Made by a program: the position numbers and the translations under genes
NCBI GenBank assembly: GCA_964372815.1
Contig: CAYJSG010000001.1
Coordinates: 1-44,267 of the forward strand
Direction: 5' to 3'
DNA: 44,267 nt
DNA from: Candidatus Woesearchaeota archaeon
Lineage (GTDB): Archaea > Nanobdellota > Nanobdellia > Pacearchaeales > GW2011-AR1
Notes under the pieces: model-generated
What the model saw: the letters and a program-made list of their open reading frames with translations, nothing else
Told to the model about the DNA's origin: nothing
The model's database searches: none
In this document: positions 26,868-36,654 of the stretch, one piece after another
Layout of the letters: the number at the start of each line of letters is the position of its first letter
How positions within the stretch are numbered: the first letter of the stretch is position 1

Positions 26868-28091
26868 CTAATCGTTCATTAGTATTATTGAAGCCCAGAG
26901 GAAAGCTGCTGATGAGGTTATAAAGGCTATTGAAAATTGTAAAAGATTGGAGGAAAATATGCTTAGAAGAAAAATCTCCAGAGCAATAAAGATGAATAGA
27001 TATTGATAACCTTTTATTTTGCCAAGTGAGAGCTTGTATAAAAGAATCAGGTTGGATAAGGAAATTATAGTTATCGCTATGCCTAGATAGAACAAAATTC
27101 CTGAAGATTCTGTAATTATTTTCCCAGAAAATATCTTTATTATGAACTCTGGAAATAAATAAAAAATTGCTAATACTGTTATTACGCCTATAATGAAAAT
27201 TATTAAGGCGTTTGAAAATATATTTTCTGAATTTTCTTTATTTTTCTTATTCTCTGCTGAAATAGGAAACATCGCTCTGCTAATTGGCTGGGTACCGAAG
27301 AAGATTGTTTTTGCCAAGATTGATGAAATTGCGTAGGCTCCTGCCAATTCATCAGAGAAAAATATTTTTGCAATTATTATGTCTATACTGTAAAAGGCAA
27401 GTATTGCTAAAGTTATTAGAAATGCCGGTTTTGTATAATCATATATTCCCTCTGTTTGAGCTTTTTCTTCTTTTGAGCTTAAAATATCTTTTATGTTTAG
27501 TAAAGAAAGCGCTAAAGCTATCATAACTCCGATGAGTGTTCCGATAAGTGCACCAAAAACTGACAGGCCTAAAATAACTAAAGCTATTGCAAGAATAAAT
27601 TTAACTGCTGACTCTATGATCATATTAACTCCCAGAATAGTAAACCTTTTCTTTCCTTGTAATATTCCTCTGCTTATTGGAGAGATAAACGCTAGAATTA
27701 TCATTAAACCGTTTAGAGCCATTAAATGATAATTGATTCTAAGTAAATACGAAAGTGGAATTGCAACAATTAGATAAATTAAGAATAATAAAATTGAAAC
27801 TGAAAGGGATTTTTTGAACGATCTTTTTAAAATATTCTTTAATTTTCCCTTGTTATTTTCTTCTGCTGTATATTTAGTTATTACTGTTTGAATAGACTCT
27901 GTAAAAACTGCTAGAATATAAATTATAGAAAATAAAGATGCTAGAATAGCGTATTCTGCAACTGAAAGAAGACGAACCATTGCAAAATGAAAGAAAAAAT
28001 TAAGAGCATTATAAATATTAAAAGCTATTAAAAGGGTTATGCTTCCTGTGATTAGACCTCTATTTAATTTAATCATTATAAAATATCCCAT
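26868..28091 (-). CDS. Oligosaccharide flippase (MOP/Wzx-like polysaccharide biosynthesis protein)
   Basis: About 12 hydrophobic segments, and an N-terminus typical of Wzx-like proteins (FHFAMVRLLSVAEYAILASL). Confidence 0.6.
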   Translation of the reverse strand: MGYFIMIKLNRGLITGSITLLIAFNIYNALNFFFHFAMVRLLSVAEYAILASLFSIIYILAVFTESIQTVITKYTAEENNKGKLKNILKRSFKKSLSVSILLFLIYLIVAIPLSYLLRINYHLMALNGLMIILAFISPISRGILQGKKRFTILGVNMIIESAVKFILAIALVILGLSVFGALIGTLIGVMIALALSLLNIKDILSSKEEKAQTEGIYDYTKPAFLITLAILAFYSIDIIIAKIFFSDELAGAYAISSILAKTIFFGTQPISRAMFPISAENKKNKENSENIFSNALIIFIIGVITVLAIFYLFPEFIIKIFSGKIITESSGILFYLGIAITIISLSNLILLYKLSLGKIKGYQYLFIFIALEIFLLSIFSSNLLQFSIAFITSSAAFLWASIILMND

Positions 28092-29091
28092 TTTTAAATA
28101 TTATAAATCCCAGTATTATAATTATTATTTGAAATAACCATATAGAGAATACAACTTTTCTTTCTGTTGGTTTTACACTTAATTTTTTAAATAAATATAT
28201 CGATAAATGTTCCAGACCATATATTTTATCATATCTTAGATCCAGAGAATTGTCTGGAAGAGGTTTACCAAAACTTTGTTTAGTTAGTTTTCCTCTTAAT
28301 TTTAGTACAAATTCCAAAATATAAGGAATGAAAAAGAATAGTGCAACTTTCTCGAAATTACCTAAAATTGAAATTATGGCAATTAGCCCTCCTATAGAAT
28401 ATGTAAGTGAATTTCCTGGAAAAACTTTGGCTGGATAGAAATTATAAAATAGGAATGCAAAGAGAGAGGCAATCATACACAATGCGATTATTGAGAGCCA
28501 TGAGTTGCCTGTGAAGTATGCAACTAATGCAAGAGCAATTAAAATTATTATTCCCTGTCCTGCTTCTAACCCATTAAAACCAGCTAAAAAATTGAAAGTT
28601 GTTGTTGCCCCTATAATTCCAATAGGAATGAAAACTAAAGGGTATATTATTCCTACATCAATTTTTCCTAAAAAAGGAAAAAACATGGTGCTTTTTCCTG
28701 CATTAATTGTTATCAGAGGAATTGCTGCAAGAAAGACTAAAATCAATCTAGAACGTCTTGATAAACCTCCATGCCTCCATCCTAATAAATCATCTATTAA
28801 TGCTACTCCTGATAAAATTAAAGTTGCTGTTAACAATGCAAATGTTTCTATTAACCTTGAGTTATAACTCTTTAATATGAAGACATTATAAGCTATATAT
28901 AATAAAACTCCAATAATAAATCCAAAAATTGCTATTATGCCTCCAGAACCAGCTACCTTTGGGCTTGTAAATTTGTTCATATCTTCCCACAAAAGATTGA
29001 TTTGTTTTGCTTTTCTAATCCAAAATGGAACTAAAAATAAACTTACGAAAAAGCTTGCTAAGATTGGTATTAGTAAAATTATTTTGCTCAT
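28069..29091 (-). CDS. aglH: UDP-GlcNAc:dolichyl-phosphate GlcNAc-1-phosphate transferase family (AglH/Alg7/MraY-like)
   Basis: ALIDDLLGW, FNFLAGFNGLEAGQG and NFYPAKVFPGNS are characteristic polyprenyl-phosphate GPT motifs. It lies immediately downstream of aglB. Confidence 0.75.
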   Translation of the reverse strand: MSKIILLIPILASFFVSLFLVPFWIRKAKQINLLWEDMNKFTSPKVAGSGGIIAIFGFIIGVLLYIAYNVFILKSYNSRLIETFALLTATLILSGVALIDDLLGWRHGGLSRRSRLILVFLAAIPLITINAGKSTMFFPFLGKIDVGIIYPLVFIPIGIIGATTTFNFLAGFNGLEAGQGIIILIALALVAYFTGNSWLSIIALCMIASLFAFLFYNFYPAKVFPGNSLTYSIGGLIAIISILGNFEKVALFFFIPYILEFVLKLRGKLTKQSFGKPLPDNSLDLRYDKIYGLEHLSIYLFKKLSVKPTERKVVFSIWLFQIIIIILGFIIFKNGIFYND

Positions 29092-32024
29092 TGTACTAAT
29101 TGTAATTCTTCTGGATAGATAGTGCTTATATATTCTTCTTTAAACTGAATGTCTTTTGGATATTTAATTTCCCAGATTCTGATAGGACCACGAACCCCAT
29201 TAAAGAAGATTATGTCAGATAATTGTGGGGACTGTGTTTTAAGTTGAGACACAAAAAAGTCATCTTCGCTATGCACTAATTTGAAATAAGGATTATCTTC
29301 TTTGTAAAGATAAAGTCTTGCTAGTTGGGATTTTACTGTTCTGTTTGAAAGATAAATTAATGCTCCATTATCCACTACATTTACATTATCTCCATTTTGA
29401 TCTACTCTTGGCATTAAGAAGATTCCTGATTCTATGCCAAATTTAAAGTCGTAGAATTTTTTATTAACATAGGCATATCTGAAAGGCAATCTATACTGCT
29501 GTTCCCGATATACAAAAATTCCCTGCGGTTGAGAAGTTAACTTTCCTTCTTTGTCTTGTTCTATTAATACTGCTCCTAGGCCTGCTTTGTTAGAAGGAAG
29601 AAATATTTTTGTTTCGTTATTCTCATATTTAATATCTTCATCTAAAGATGTGCCTCCAGTATAGATATAAATAGTTGAATTTTTAGTTTCTTGTATTTGA
29701 TTGCTGTCTCTTATAAAAGTGCTAAACCAGCTTCTTCTATCATAATTAATATCGGAGCCGATAGTTGAAAAGGCTGTATATTTTCCTATATCTGTAGAAT
29801 CTATTAAGAAATGAGTTGTATTATGAGCATATAAAAATTCTAAAGCATCTCTTTCATTTGAACTTGTTAAAGCATGCCTCCCCATTAAATGATTCCAATA
29901 TGAGATTGCGTTTCCTCCATCTAATACAGTTGCTCTTCTTCCAATAGATTGCACCCAATAACCATAGTCCCACCAATGGCCAAAAACTGCATCTTCTAGT
30001 GTATTATCTCTAACCCAAGCCATTGCTTTCTGCCATTGTTGATTGTAAACTGAAGGAGCATATGAAGAAGATTCATTAGAAATCTGATTGTAGAATTGGT
30101 AACCTGAAAATATTAGAGCGATTAAAACAACAACAAAAACAAATCTTGAAATAGGTTTGGATATTTCTCCCTGTATTTTTTTTAGGTCTATGAATAAAGA
30201 TACTATAAGATATGATGCTATAATAGACGCAGGAGGCACAAGGGTCATTATTAATCTAATTGCTCCTCGCGCTGACAAAAGCCCAAGAATAAATAAAGAA
30301 AATAGGATTATAATTCCTAATTCTATATTTTTGAATTTGTCAAAAAGATTTAATTTGTAATATTTATAATAGTAAAATGAAATTGTTGAGATTATAATTA
30401 TAAAACCTGCAGCATATGCTAAAAGACTAGTTGTGCTTGTTCCATTAAATAAGCTATCTGGAGAATATCTTGTGAATGTTATAGCAAATATTAATATAAT
30501 ATATGAAAATGTTAATCTTATTCTCTCTTTTTTACTTAGGAATTCTGTAAACTTATAAAACATATAAATTGAGCTTAAAAAGAAAAGCCAGAAGAATAGT
30601 GGAAAACCATTGATATTGGGGCCGAAACTGCCCACCCATTCTACAAAAAATGGTTGTTTATTTTCTGCAACTGTTAATGTTAATCTTGAGCCGATTGGAT
30701 TAACAAGGCTTGTAATAAGTTGACTAATTTGTGAAAAGAAGAAACTGAAATCAAAAACAAATATTGTGATTATAAAGATAAGAACTATTGAAATTATTAG
30801 AGATATAACTTTTGGAGGTATTTTTGAAATATTATTTATTTCAGTTAATTTTTTTATCTTTGTATTAAAAATTAAGAAATCTATAAATATAATAAATGCT
30901 ACAAAGACCGTATAATTAGCTATAATACTCTTTATTGCATACCTTGCTGAAAACATGTGCATCAAAACAAAAGTTACTAGCATCCAAATAAGATAGATAT
31001 AGAATTTATTTTTATTTATGCTGCCTAGCATGAATGTTATGAACATTGATACTGCCATTGCTAAAAATACATAAGTGACTCCGCCCCAGATTAAAGCCAT
31101 GCAGGCTGTCGAAATACCCGCAAGAATTGCCAGAGGAATTTGATATTTTAGACTTTTAGATTTCCATGCAGATAAGAATAAATAGAACGAGAGGAACATA
31201 AAGAAAAATGCGGCAGATTCTTTTTCTGGAATTCCTGCTATTGTTCTAGGCATAAAAACTGGAAAGATAGTTAAGAAAAATGAAGCAATTAAAGCAGTTA
31301 TAGTTGCTGCCTTTTCTCCTATAAATTCGAGAAATATTTTCCTTGTAAAAAGAAAGAAAGCTATTATTGTAAGTGCAAACATGATAACTGGGTAGAGAAT
31401 GGCTGAATAAGTTACAGATTCAGAGCCGAAGAAAGAAGCAATTTTATGGAACCATGCAATCAGATAAGGTGTAAGAATGAGCTCGCTTTTTGTATTAAAA
31501 AATAAAGGAGAGTAACGCATAGTATCTATTACAAATAATTTTCCATGCTCTACTATATATTCTGCCCAACGCAAGAAGAGAAAAGGATCTAAATCGGGGC
31601 CTAAAGTCCATGTGTTTGTTGTTATATCTTTTAATTTATTTAAATTTGTAGTTCTAATTGCTATTGAGGTCAAAACTACCCAAATAAGATATAAATATGG
31701 AATTAATTTTCTTTTTTTGTAATACGCTAGGATTAAAGCTATTAAAGATATAATAAAGAGCCAGACTTCAGGAATTATTGAAATATTAAATATTTTAAAT
31801 GTAAATATACTCTTTATTAAACTGAAAAGATGATTTATGAATTCTTCAATACCTAATCTGTTTATACTTAATATCAGAGCTATCAATGTAATTGCTATTA
31901 GCGCGGTAAAAACATTGTCTTTTTTTAAAAAATTTATAAATTTCTCTTTTCTTTCTTTTATTAGAGTTTCTTCCTGAATAATGGATTTATCTTCAACTGA
32001 CTTCTCTTTTATATCTGATTCCAT
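29088..32024 (-). CDS. aglB: Archaeal oligosaccharyltransferase AglB (STT3 family)
   Basis: WWDYGYW catalytic motif (FGHWWDYGYWVQS), an N-terminal GPDLDPF (DxD) loop, a 13-TM-like N-terminal half and a large C-terminal soluble domain. 978 aa. Confidence 0.9.
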   Translation of the reverse strand: MESDIKEKSVEDKSIIQEETLIKERKEKFINFLKKDNVFTALIAITLIALILSINRLGIEEFINHLFSLIKSIFTFKIFNISIIPEVWLFIISLIALILAYYKKRKLIPYLYLIWVVLTSIAIRTTNLNKLKDITTNTWTLGPDLDPFLFLRWAEYIVEHGKLFVIDTMRYSPLFFNTKSELILTPYLIAWFHKIASFFGSESVTYSAILYPVIMFALTIIAFFLFTRKIFLEFIGEKAATITALIASFFLTIFPVFMPRTIAGIPEKESAAFFFMFLSFYLFLSAWKSKSLKYQIPLAILAGISTACMALIWGGVTYVFLAMAVSMFITFMLGSINKNKFYIYLIWMLVTFVLMHMFSARYAIKSIIANYTVFVAFIIFIDFLIFNTKIKKLTEINNISKIPPKVISLIISIVLIFIITIFVFDFSFFFSQISQLITSLVNPIGSRLTLTVAENKQPFFVEWVGSFGPNINGFPLFFWLFFLSSIYMFYKFTEFLSKKERIRLTFSYIILIFAITFTRYSPDSLFNGTSTTSLLAYAAGFIIIISTISFYYYKYYKLNLFDKFKNIELGIIILFSLFILGLLSARGAIRLIMTLVPPASIIASYLIVSLFIDLKKIQGEISKPISRFVFVVVLIALIFSGYQFYNQISNESSSYAPSVYNQQWQKAMAWVRDNTLEDAVFGHWWDYGYWVQSIGRRATVLDGGNAISYWNHLMGRHALTSSNERDALEFLYAHNTTHFLIDSTDIGKYTAFSTIGSDINYDRRSWFSTFIRDSNQIQETKNSTIYIYTGGTSLDEDIKYENNETKIFLPSNKAGLGAVLIEQDKEGKLTSQPQGIFVYREQQYRLPFRYAYVNKKFYDFKFGIESGIFLMPRVDQNGDNVNVVDNGALIYLSNRTVKSQLARLYLYKEDNPYFKLVHSEDDFFVSQLKTQSPQLSDIIFFNGVRGPIRIWEIKYPKDIQFKEEYISTIYPEELQLVQ

Positions 32025-32076
32025 TTTATTTATTCAAATTGATGAAAAAGAGGTTATATAAAGATTCCTAAAATTA

Positions 32077-32934
32077 CTAGAATAATAAAGGAGTTATGAA
32101 GACTTCTACCAAGGCTGCAAGAAATAAAATTATTATGGCTAAAATAATAAGATTTAAAGCATCTTGCAGGACATCCCAGAATTTTTCTGTGCCTGTTTCG
32201 TGCCTTATTACTGCTATAGACACTAGTCCTCCTGCTAGGGCTACTATAAAATAAGAAGCAATTTCCGGGATGCCATGAATGAAATATCTAACTAAAGCTA
32301 TTGGAAGTGCACTTAATTCTGATTTTGTAAAAATGCCTATTGCGGCGGCTATGACACTTGCATTCCATGCCAGAACAAAAATTGCTCCTGCGCCAAAAAT
32401 TAAAGAAAATACTAAAGTGAATATTAAAACATAAATATTGTTAGTGAATATTAGGAAAAGCCTTTCTGTATTTGAAAGAAAGCCTGTAGAGGTTGAGACT
32501 TCTTTTATGTTATATTGTCCTACGCATTCGTTAAAATTAGAGGGGCGATTTATTAAACAATAAGTTTCTATTTGCGCATAAAAGCTTTGCGTTGAAGAGA
32601 GCATCATATACCAAAATGAAAGTGCGATAACAAAACCTATGAAAAGCCAGAGAAAGGCGTAGATTGCTTTTTTATGTTCTTTAAGGAGGGCTAATGTTCC
32701 TGCAGTTTCTGTTATTTTTTTTTCTTCTAATTTAATTGTGTAATAAATAAATGGTATAGAAAACATAACTGTAAATGTAACAACTAAAATTCCAGAGTAC
32801 CTTGCAAGAACAGCATCTTGCAGAAAAATCCAATTTACAAGCAAGATTGAGAGGCTTGCATAGACAACTCCGACAAAGAATAGTTCCCAGGGTTTTCTTT
32901 CGGCTTTTCTTGGATTAATCAGCATTTCTAGCAT
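32077..32934 (-). CDS. SpoIIM-like (DUF95) integral membrane protein
   Basis: FTNNIYVLIFTLVFSLIFGAGAIFVLAWNASVIAAAIG and HGIPEIASYF resemble the SpoIIM family signature. Confidence 0.55.
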   Translation of the reverse strand: MLEMLINPRKAERKPWELFFVGVVYASLSILLVNWIFLQDAVLARYSGILVVTFTVMFSIPFIYYTIKLEEKKITETAGTLALLKEHKKAIYAFLWLFIGFVIALSFWYMMLSSTQSFYAQIETYCLINRPSNFNECVGQYNIKEVSTSTGFLSNTERLFLIFTNNIYVLIFTLVFSLIFGAGAIFVLAWNASVIAAAIGIFTKSELSALPIALVRYFIHGIPEIASYFIVALAGGLVSIAVIRHETGTEKFWDVLQDALNLIILAIIILFLAALVEVFITPLLF

Positions 32935-32987
32935 TTGAGCACCTCTAATTGAGATATAAGATGAAATATAAGATTTTACTTATATAG

Positions 32988-33371
32988 TTATTGGTTGTCT
33001 ATTTGAGAGACAAGAGTGTTTAGTTGTTCTGTGTAGTTATTTAGTTGGACAGCCATTTGTAACCTTGCTTCTTTAAAGATTGTTATTTGATTATCTAAAA
33101 CTTTTAATGTTTCTTGAGGAGTTTTTTTTACTATCACGTTTGCTCCAACATGAACGTAGAGTTCGTTTTTATTATCCATTAATGTCTTGATATGTATTCC
33201 CTTTCCTAGAGAAGACAGCATTTCTTTTTCTTTTGTATTTATAATATGGATCAGGGATTCCTTAAATTGTTCTAATTCAAGAATTTGGTTATCAATAAGA
33301 GCAAGACTTTCCTGCATTTGCTTGTAATGTTGTTCAAGATTTGCAATCTTTATTAAAGATTCATTTTCCAT
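32988..33371 (-). CDS. pfdA: Prefoldin alpha subunit
   Basis: Coiled-coil N- and C-termini flank a double beta-hairpin core (SLGKGIHIKTLMDNKNELYVHVGANVIVKKTPQE). Confidence 0.65.
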   Translation of the reverse strand: MENESLIKIANLEQHYKQMQESLALIDNQILELEQFKESLIHIINTKEKEMLSSLGKGIHIKTLMDNKNELYVHVGANVIVKKTPQETLKVLDNQITIFKEARLQMAVQLNNYTEQLNTLVSQIDNQ

Positions 33372-33446
33372 GTTTTTAATTAGGAATTGTGGTTTTAAAT
33401 GTTTTGTTTATCTTCAGTAGATGAGCTTTTTCGAATAAAATAAACT

Positions 33447-33552
33447 TATCTAATAATTCATCTAATATCTTTCATCAATAAATTTACTATCTATTAATTT
33501 TTATATCAAATAATTATCTATAAAACGAAATTCTATCTAAGATAAATATCTA
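33447..33552 (+). promoter_or_regulatory. Array of five same-orientation TATCTA hexamers (plus CATCTA) in the pfdA upstream spacer
   Basis: TATCTA at 33447, 33488, 33515, 33534 and 33547. CATCTA at 33459. Palindrome AGATAAATATCT at 33540-33551. Confidence 0.3.
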
Positions 33553-33636
33553 TTCAGAATTATTAATCCTATATGAATGCTATCACATTATTCTTCTTTT
33601 CAGATAATCCACAAAATAAAGAACAGAAATGTTCAA

Positions 33637-34167
33637 CTACTGTATCTTGATTTTCCAGACTTCTAGAGATTCCATGAAAAAACTTTTTCTGGCTAAAACT
33701 TGCTTTTTCATTGAACGAGCTTTTAATATTTTCAGAATTCTATTTTTTGGAGTTATTGATGAAAGAACTATTAAGATAATTCCATTGTGATTAAGGTGTA
33801 ATTTTGCTTGTTTTAAAAATTTGATAATTATTTCATCTCCTTTTTTTCCTCCTGTTGTTGTTATAGAAAATTTCTTATCTTCCTTTTTATCTAATGGAAG
33901 ATATGGGGGATTAAATATTATCAAATTAAATTTTCCTTTTATTTTTGAAAATAAATCTGATTTTATTGCTAAAATATTTTTATTTTTTAGTTGTTTTATA
34001 GATTCTGAATTTATATCTGATGCCAGGACTGAATTTGCTCCTGCGTTTTTTGCTGCTATTACTTGTATTCCTGTACCAGAACCTATGTCTAAAACTTTTT
34101 TTCCTTTTGCATATTTTTTCACGATGCTTTCTAAAAGATAAGAATCTTCTTTAGGTTGATAAATCAT
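33637..34167 (-). CDS. Mtq2/HemK-like N5-glutamine (release factor) methyltransferase
   Basis: YQPKEDSYLL N-terminus, SAM motif VLDIGSGTG and catalytic NPPY (LIIFNPPYLP). Confidence 0.7.
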   Translation of the reverse strand: MIYQPKEDSYLLESIVKKYAKGKKVLDIGSGTGIQVIAAKNAGANSVLASDINSESIKQLKNKNILAIKSDLFSKIKGKFNLIIFNPPYLPLDKKEDKKFSITTTGGKKGDEIIIKFLKQAKLHLNHNGIILIVLSSITPKNRILKILKARSMKKQVLARKSFFMESLEVWKIKIQ

Positions 34168-34876
34168 TGTTTGATAAAATAAATTTTGTTAGGAGTATTG
34201 ATATGTACGGAACTATTAAACCATACTCTATTAAATCAAAAAGGATATTCTTGTTTTTTTCTAATATAAAAAAAACTATAAAAATTAGCAGAGTTATAGT
34301 TAGTGTATTGATGTACTCTTTTTTTACGAATTTAATTGAACTTTTTATTGATTCTAAAGTCTTTAAATTATAAAGGACAAGAAAAAAACTTGAATAAGTA
34401 AAAAATATTATTATTCCAAGCAAAATTGAAATATGGATAAGAAAAAATAGAATAACTGCGAGATTTGTAGAGAGATTTAAGGCTTTTCCTATATAGAATG
34501 CTAAATAATGAGATGTTCTTCCTGAAAGAAAAGAGAGGGTTGTTATAAGTAGGATAATTAAAAAATTTCTAAACCAGAATTTTTTAGAATAAACTAGAAA
34601 TTTTTTTAGTTGAAGATTTTTTTGTTGAATATCTTTTGAAATTCCTATTAATCCTGAAAAGAAGAAGGCTAATAGTGCAAGGGAAATAAAACTGAAAAAT
34701 ATCAACCATAAAGTTAAGGCGATTGAATTTTGAAGTTTGTAATTTATTGAAACTGATATGAAGGAAAATAATTTTAAGATAGCCAATAAAATCAATGGAA
34801 ATAAAATTATTAGAGGGTTTTTTATTAGGATTTTGAAAGGAGTGCTAAATATAGTTATAATATTTTCATATTTCAT
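34151..34876 (-). CDS. Hypothetical polytopic membrane protein
   Basis: Long ORF with about 6 hydrophobic segments, overlapping both neighbours in operon fashion. Confidence 0.4.
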   Translation of the reverse strand: MKYENIITIFSTPFKILIKNPLIILFPLILLAILKLFSFISVSINYKLQNSIALTLWLIFFSFISLALLAFFFSGLIGISKDIQQKNLQLKKFLVYSKKFWFRNFLIILLITTLSFLSGRTSHYLAFYIGKALNLSTNLAVILFFLIHISILLGIIIFFTYSSFFLVLYNLKTLESIKSSIKFVKKEYINTLTITLLIFIVFFILEKNKNILFDLIEYGLIVPYISILLTKFILSNNDLST

Positions 34877-35292
34877 TTGAAGCTGTTAAGAATTGAGGGA
34901 ATAAAATCTTTTCCTTTTACTAAGACAAATATCAAAGCTGCAAGAAGCAGAAGTAAAATAATTGTTAGAGTTATTATAAATCCTGTTCTTCTTGTTTTTT
35001 GAGGTTCTCTAACCTGGATTGTATATGGCTGAAGTGGTTGAGGCTGGATTTGCTGGGGAGCTGGTTTTTGTTGTAATTGTGGCTGTTGTGAAAATTGTTG
35101 TGTTGGTTGCTGTAACCTTAGTTGTTGGATAGATGGTTTGGTAATTGAAAGTGCGCCAAAAGAAAGTGATTGTGCCGCTTCTTTAACTTCTGCAGGAGAA
35201 TATCCTGCGTTTATAAAACTCTCTACTGCCTTTTCCAGAGTTGAGCCTCTTTCTAGTGCATTTTTTAAGCCTGCAATTATATCTTCCCTCAT
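34873..35292 (-). CDS. Hypothetical tail-anchored protein with a Q/P-rich linker
   Basis: Small helical N-domain (LKNALERGSTLEKAVESFINAGYSPAEVKEAAQSL), a QQPQLQQKPAPQQIQPQPLQP linker and a C-terminal TM segment. Confidence 0.4.
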   Translation of the reverse strand: MREDIIAGLKNALERGSTLEKAVESFINAGYSPAEVKEAAQSLSFGALSITKPSIQQLRLQQPTQQFSQQPQLQQKPAPQQIQPQPLQPYTIQVREPQKTRRTGFIITLTIILLLLLAALIFVLVKGKDFIPSILNSFK

Positions 35293-35319
35293 TTTTTGTA
35301 TAATTATAAATACTTTAGG

Positions 35320-36654
35320 TTATTTTAATATTATGGTCTGGCCATTTTGAGCTAAATGAACTGTTTTTCCTAATTTATATCCCATTTCCTCTGCTAGTTT
35401 TGCACCAGCAGAAGTTTTTTTAAGATCTCCATGAGATGGAATAATGTGTTCTGGATTCGTTAGTTTTATTAAGTCTCTAAGATCTTCTCTGGCTCCATGG
35501 CCGCTGACATGAGCAGAATCGAAAATTCTTACCTTGTATCTTTTTAGTCTGTTTTCTAATTGCTCCTTATTTAATTCATTTATAGGAGTGGGAATAGTTT
35601 TTGATGAAAAGATTATATGGTCGTCTTCTTCTAATTTTAATGGTAGCTGATGTCTTGAGATTCTGTCCAAAATAGAATCTGGCTCGCCCTGATGTCCGGT
35701 GCAAACTACCAGATAATGGTTTTTATTCTTGTTTACTCTTTTTAAAATTCTTTCAACCTGCTTTCTATATGTGAATAACTTAATCTGGTTAAAGAATGGG
35801 GCTTTTCCTATATTTCGTGCTGCTAAAACGTATTTTCCAAGGCTTCTCCCTAAAAATATAACTTCTCTGCCAAGTTTTGTGCCAAATTCTGTAATTGTTT
35901 TTAATCTTGCTATATGTGAAGAGAATGTTGTAATAATCATTCCTGAATTTCTGTTTTCTGTTGTAAAGAATATGTCTTCTAGAAGCCCCTTCGCTATTTT
36001 TTCAGAGGGAGTTTTTCTGTCATCAAGAGCATAAAGGCAATCTACTATTAGTGCTTTAATCCCGATTTTTGAGAGTTCTTTAAATCTTTTATAATTTGGC
36101 TTGTCTCCAAACACCGGAGAATTATCTAATTTATAATCGTTAGCATATAAAACTATGCCCTCTGGAGTGTGGACTGCAATTAGTGCGCTTTGAATTGTTG
36201 AGTGAGTTATATTCAAGAATTCTACTTTGTAATTTTTTCTTCCCCTTACTATGAATGATGAGTTAGGATTTACTGTTCTTATTCTGTTTGGGATTTTTGT
36301 ATTTGAATCTGCTACAAGGATTTTTAATACCTCTGTTGTATAAGGAGTTCCTACAATATCTGCTTTGTATCTATAGGCATTATACTGCAAGGCTCCGACA
36401 TGGTCTAAATGCGCATGTGATATCAATAAAGCCCTGACCTTATTTCTCAATCCTTTTCTTTCCAGATATAAATCATCGGGCAAAGCTCCAAGATTTCTCA
36501 TTCCTTTTTCCGTCGGAATTTTTTCTCTTTCAGCAACACTAACAATGGCTGGCAGAAATAACCCGTCGTCAAAAACAAGAACATCGTCGCCAATTTCCAA
36601 GGCAGTCATATTTTTACCAACTTCACTGTAACCGCCTATTGTGTGAATTATCAT
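35320..36654 (-). CDS. rnj: Archaeal RNase J (metallo-beta-lactamase / beta-CASP ribonuclease)
   Basis: SHAHLDHVGAL (HxHxDH) and C-terminal SGHGAREDL / PSHGD motifs. About 445 aa, as in archaeal RNase J. Confidence 0.8.
   Translation of the reverse strand: MIIHTIGGYSEVGKNMTALEIGDDVLVFDDGLFLPAIVSVAEREKIPTEKGMRNLGALPDDLYLERKGLRNKVRALLISHAHLDHVGALQYNAYRYKADIVGTPYTTEVLKILVADSNTKIPNRIRTVNPNSSFIVRGRKNYKVEFLNITHSTIQSALIAVHTPEGIVLYANDYKLDNSPVFGDKPNYKRFKELSKIGIKALIVDCLYALDDRKTPSEKIAKGLLEDIFFTTENRNSGMIITTFSSHIARLKTITEFGTKLGREVIFLGRSLGKYVLAARNIGKAPFFNQIKLFTYRKQVERILKRVNKNKNHYLVVCTGHQGEPDSILDRISRHQLPLKLEEDDHIIFSSKTIPTPINELNKEQLENRLKRYKVRIFDSAHVSGHGAREDLRDLIKLTNPEHIIPSHGDLKKTSAGAKLAEEMGYKLGKTVHLAQNGQTIILK

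Noticed and set aside
28505-28867. 120-aa plus-strand ORF inside the AglH-like gene, and similar short antisense ORFs (415..675, 1473..1670, 2620..2814, 3699..3911, 3955..4152, 5253..5582, 6799..7008, 8816..9001, 9673..9973, 12521..12715, 13382..13600, 14493..14744, 14959..15213, 20747..21013, 21611..21805, 22596..22799, 23326..23586, 25440..25649, 27284..27729, 28937..29122, 30157..30360, 33821..34141, 34167..34373, 35138..35350, 35729..36034, 37954..38154, 39366..39638)
   Set aside because: All are nested in or antisense to longer ORFs that have recognisable family motifs. None has motifs or a plausible RBS.
33372-33636. Replication origin (ORB-like repeats) in the long AT-rich spacer
   Set aside because: There is no adjacent orc1/cdc6 gene. 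The repeats are 6-8 nt rather than ORB-length and are all in one orientation. It is reported only as a candidate regulatory motif array.
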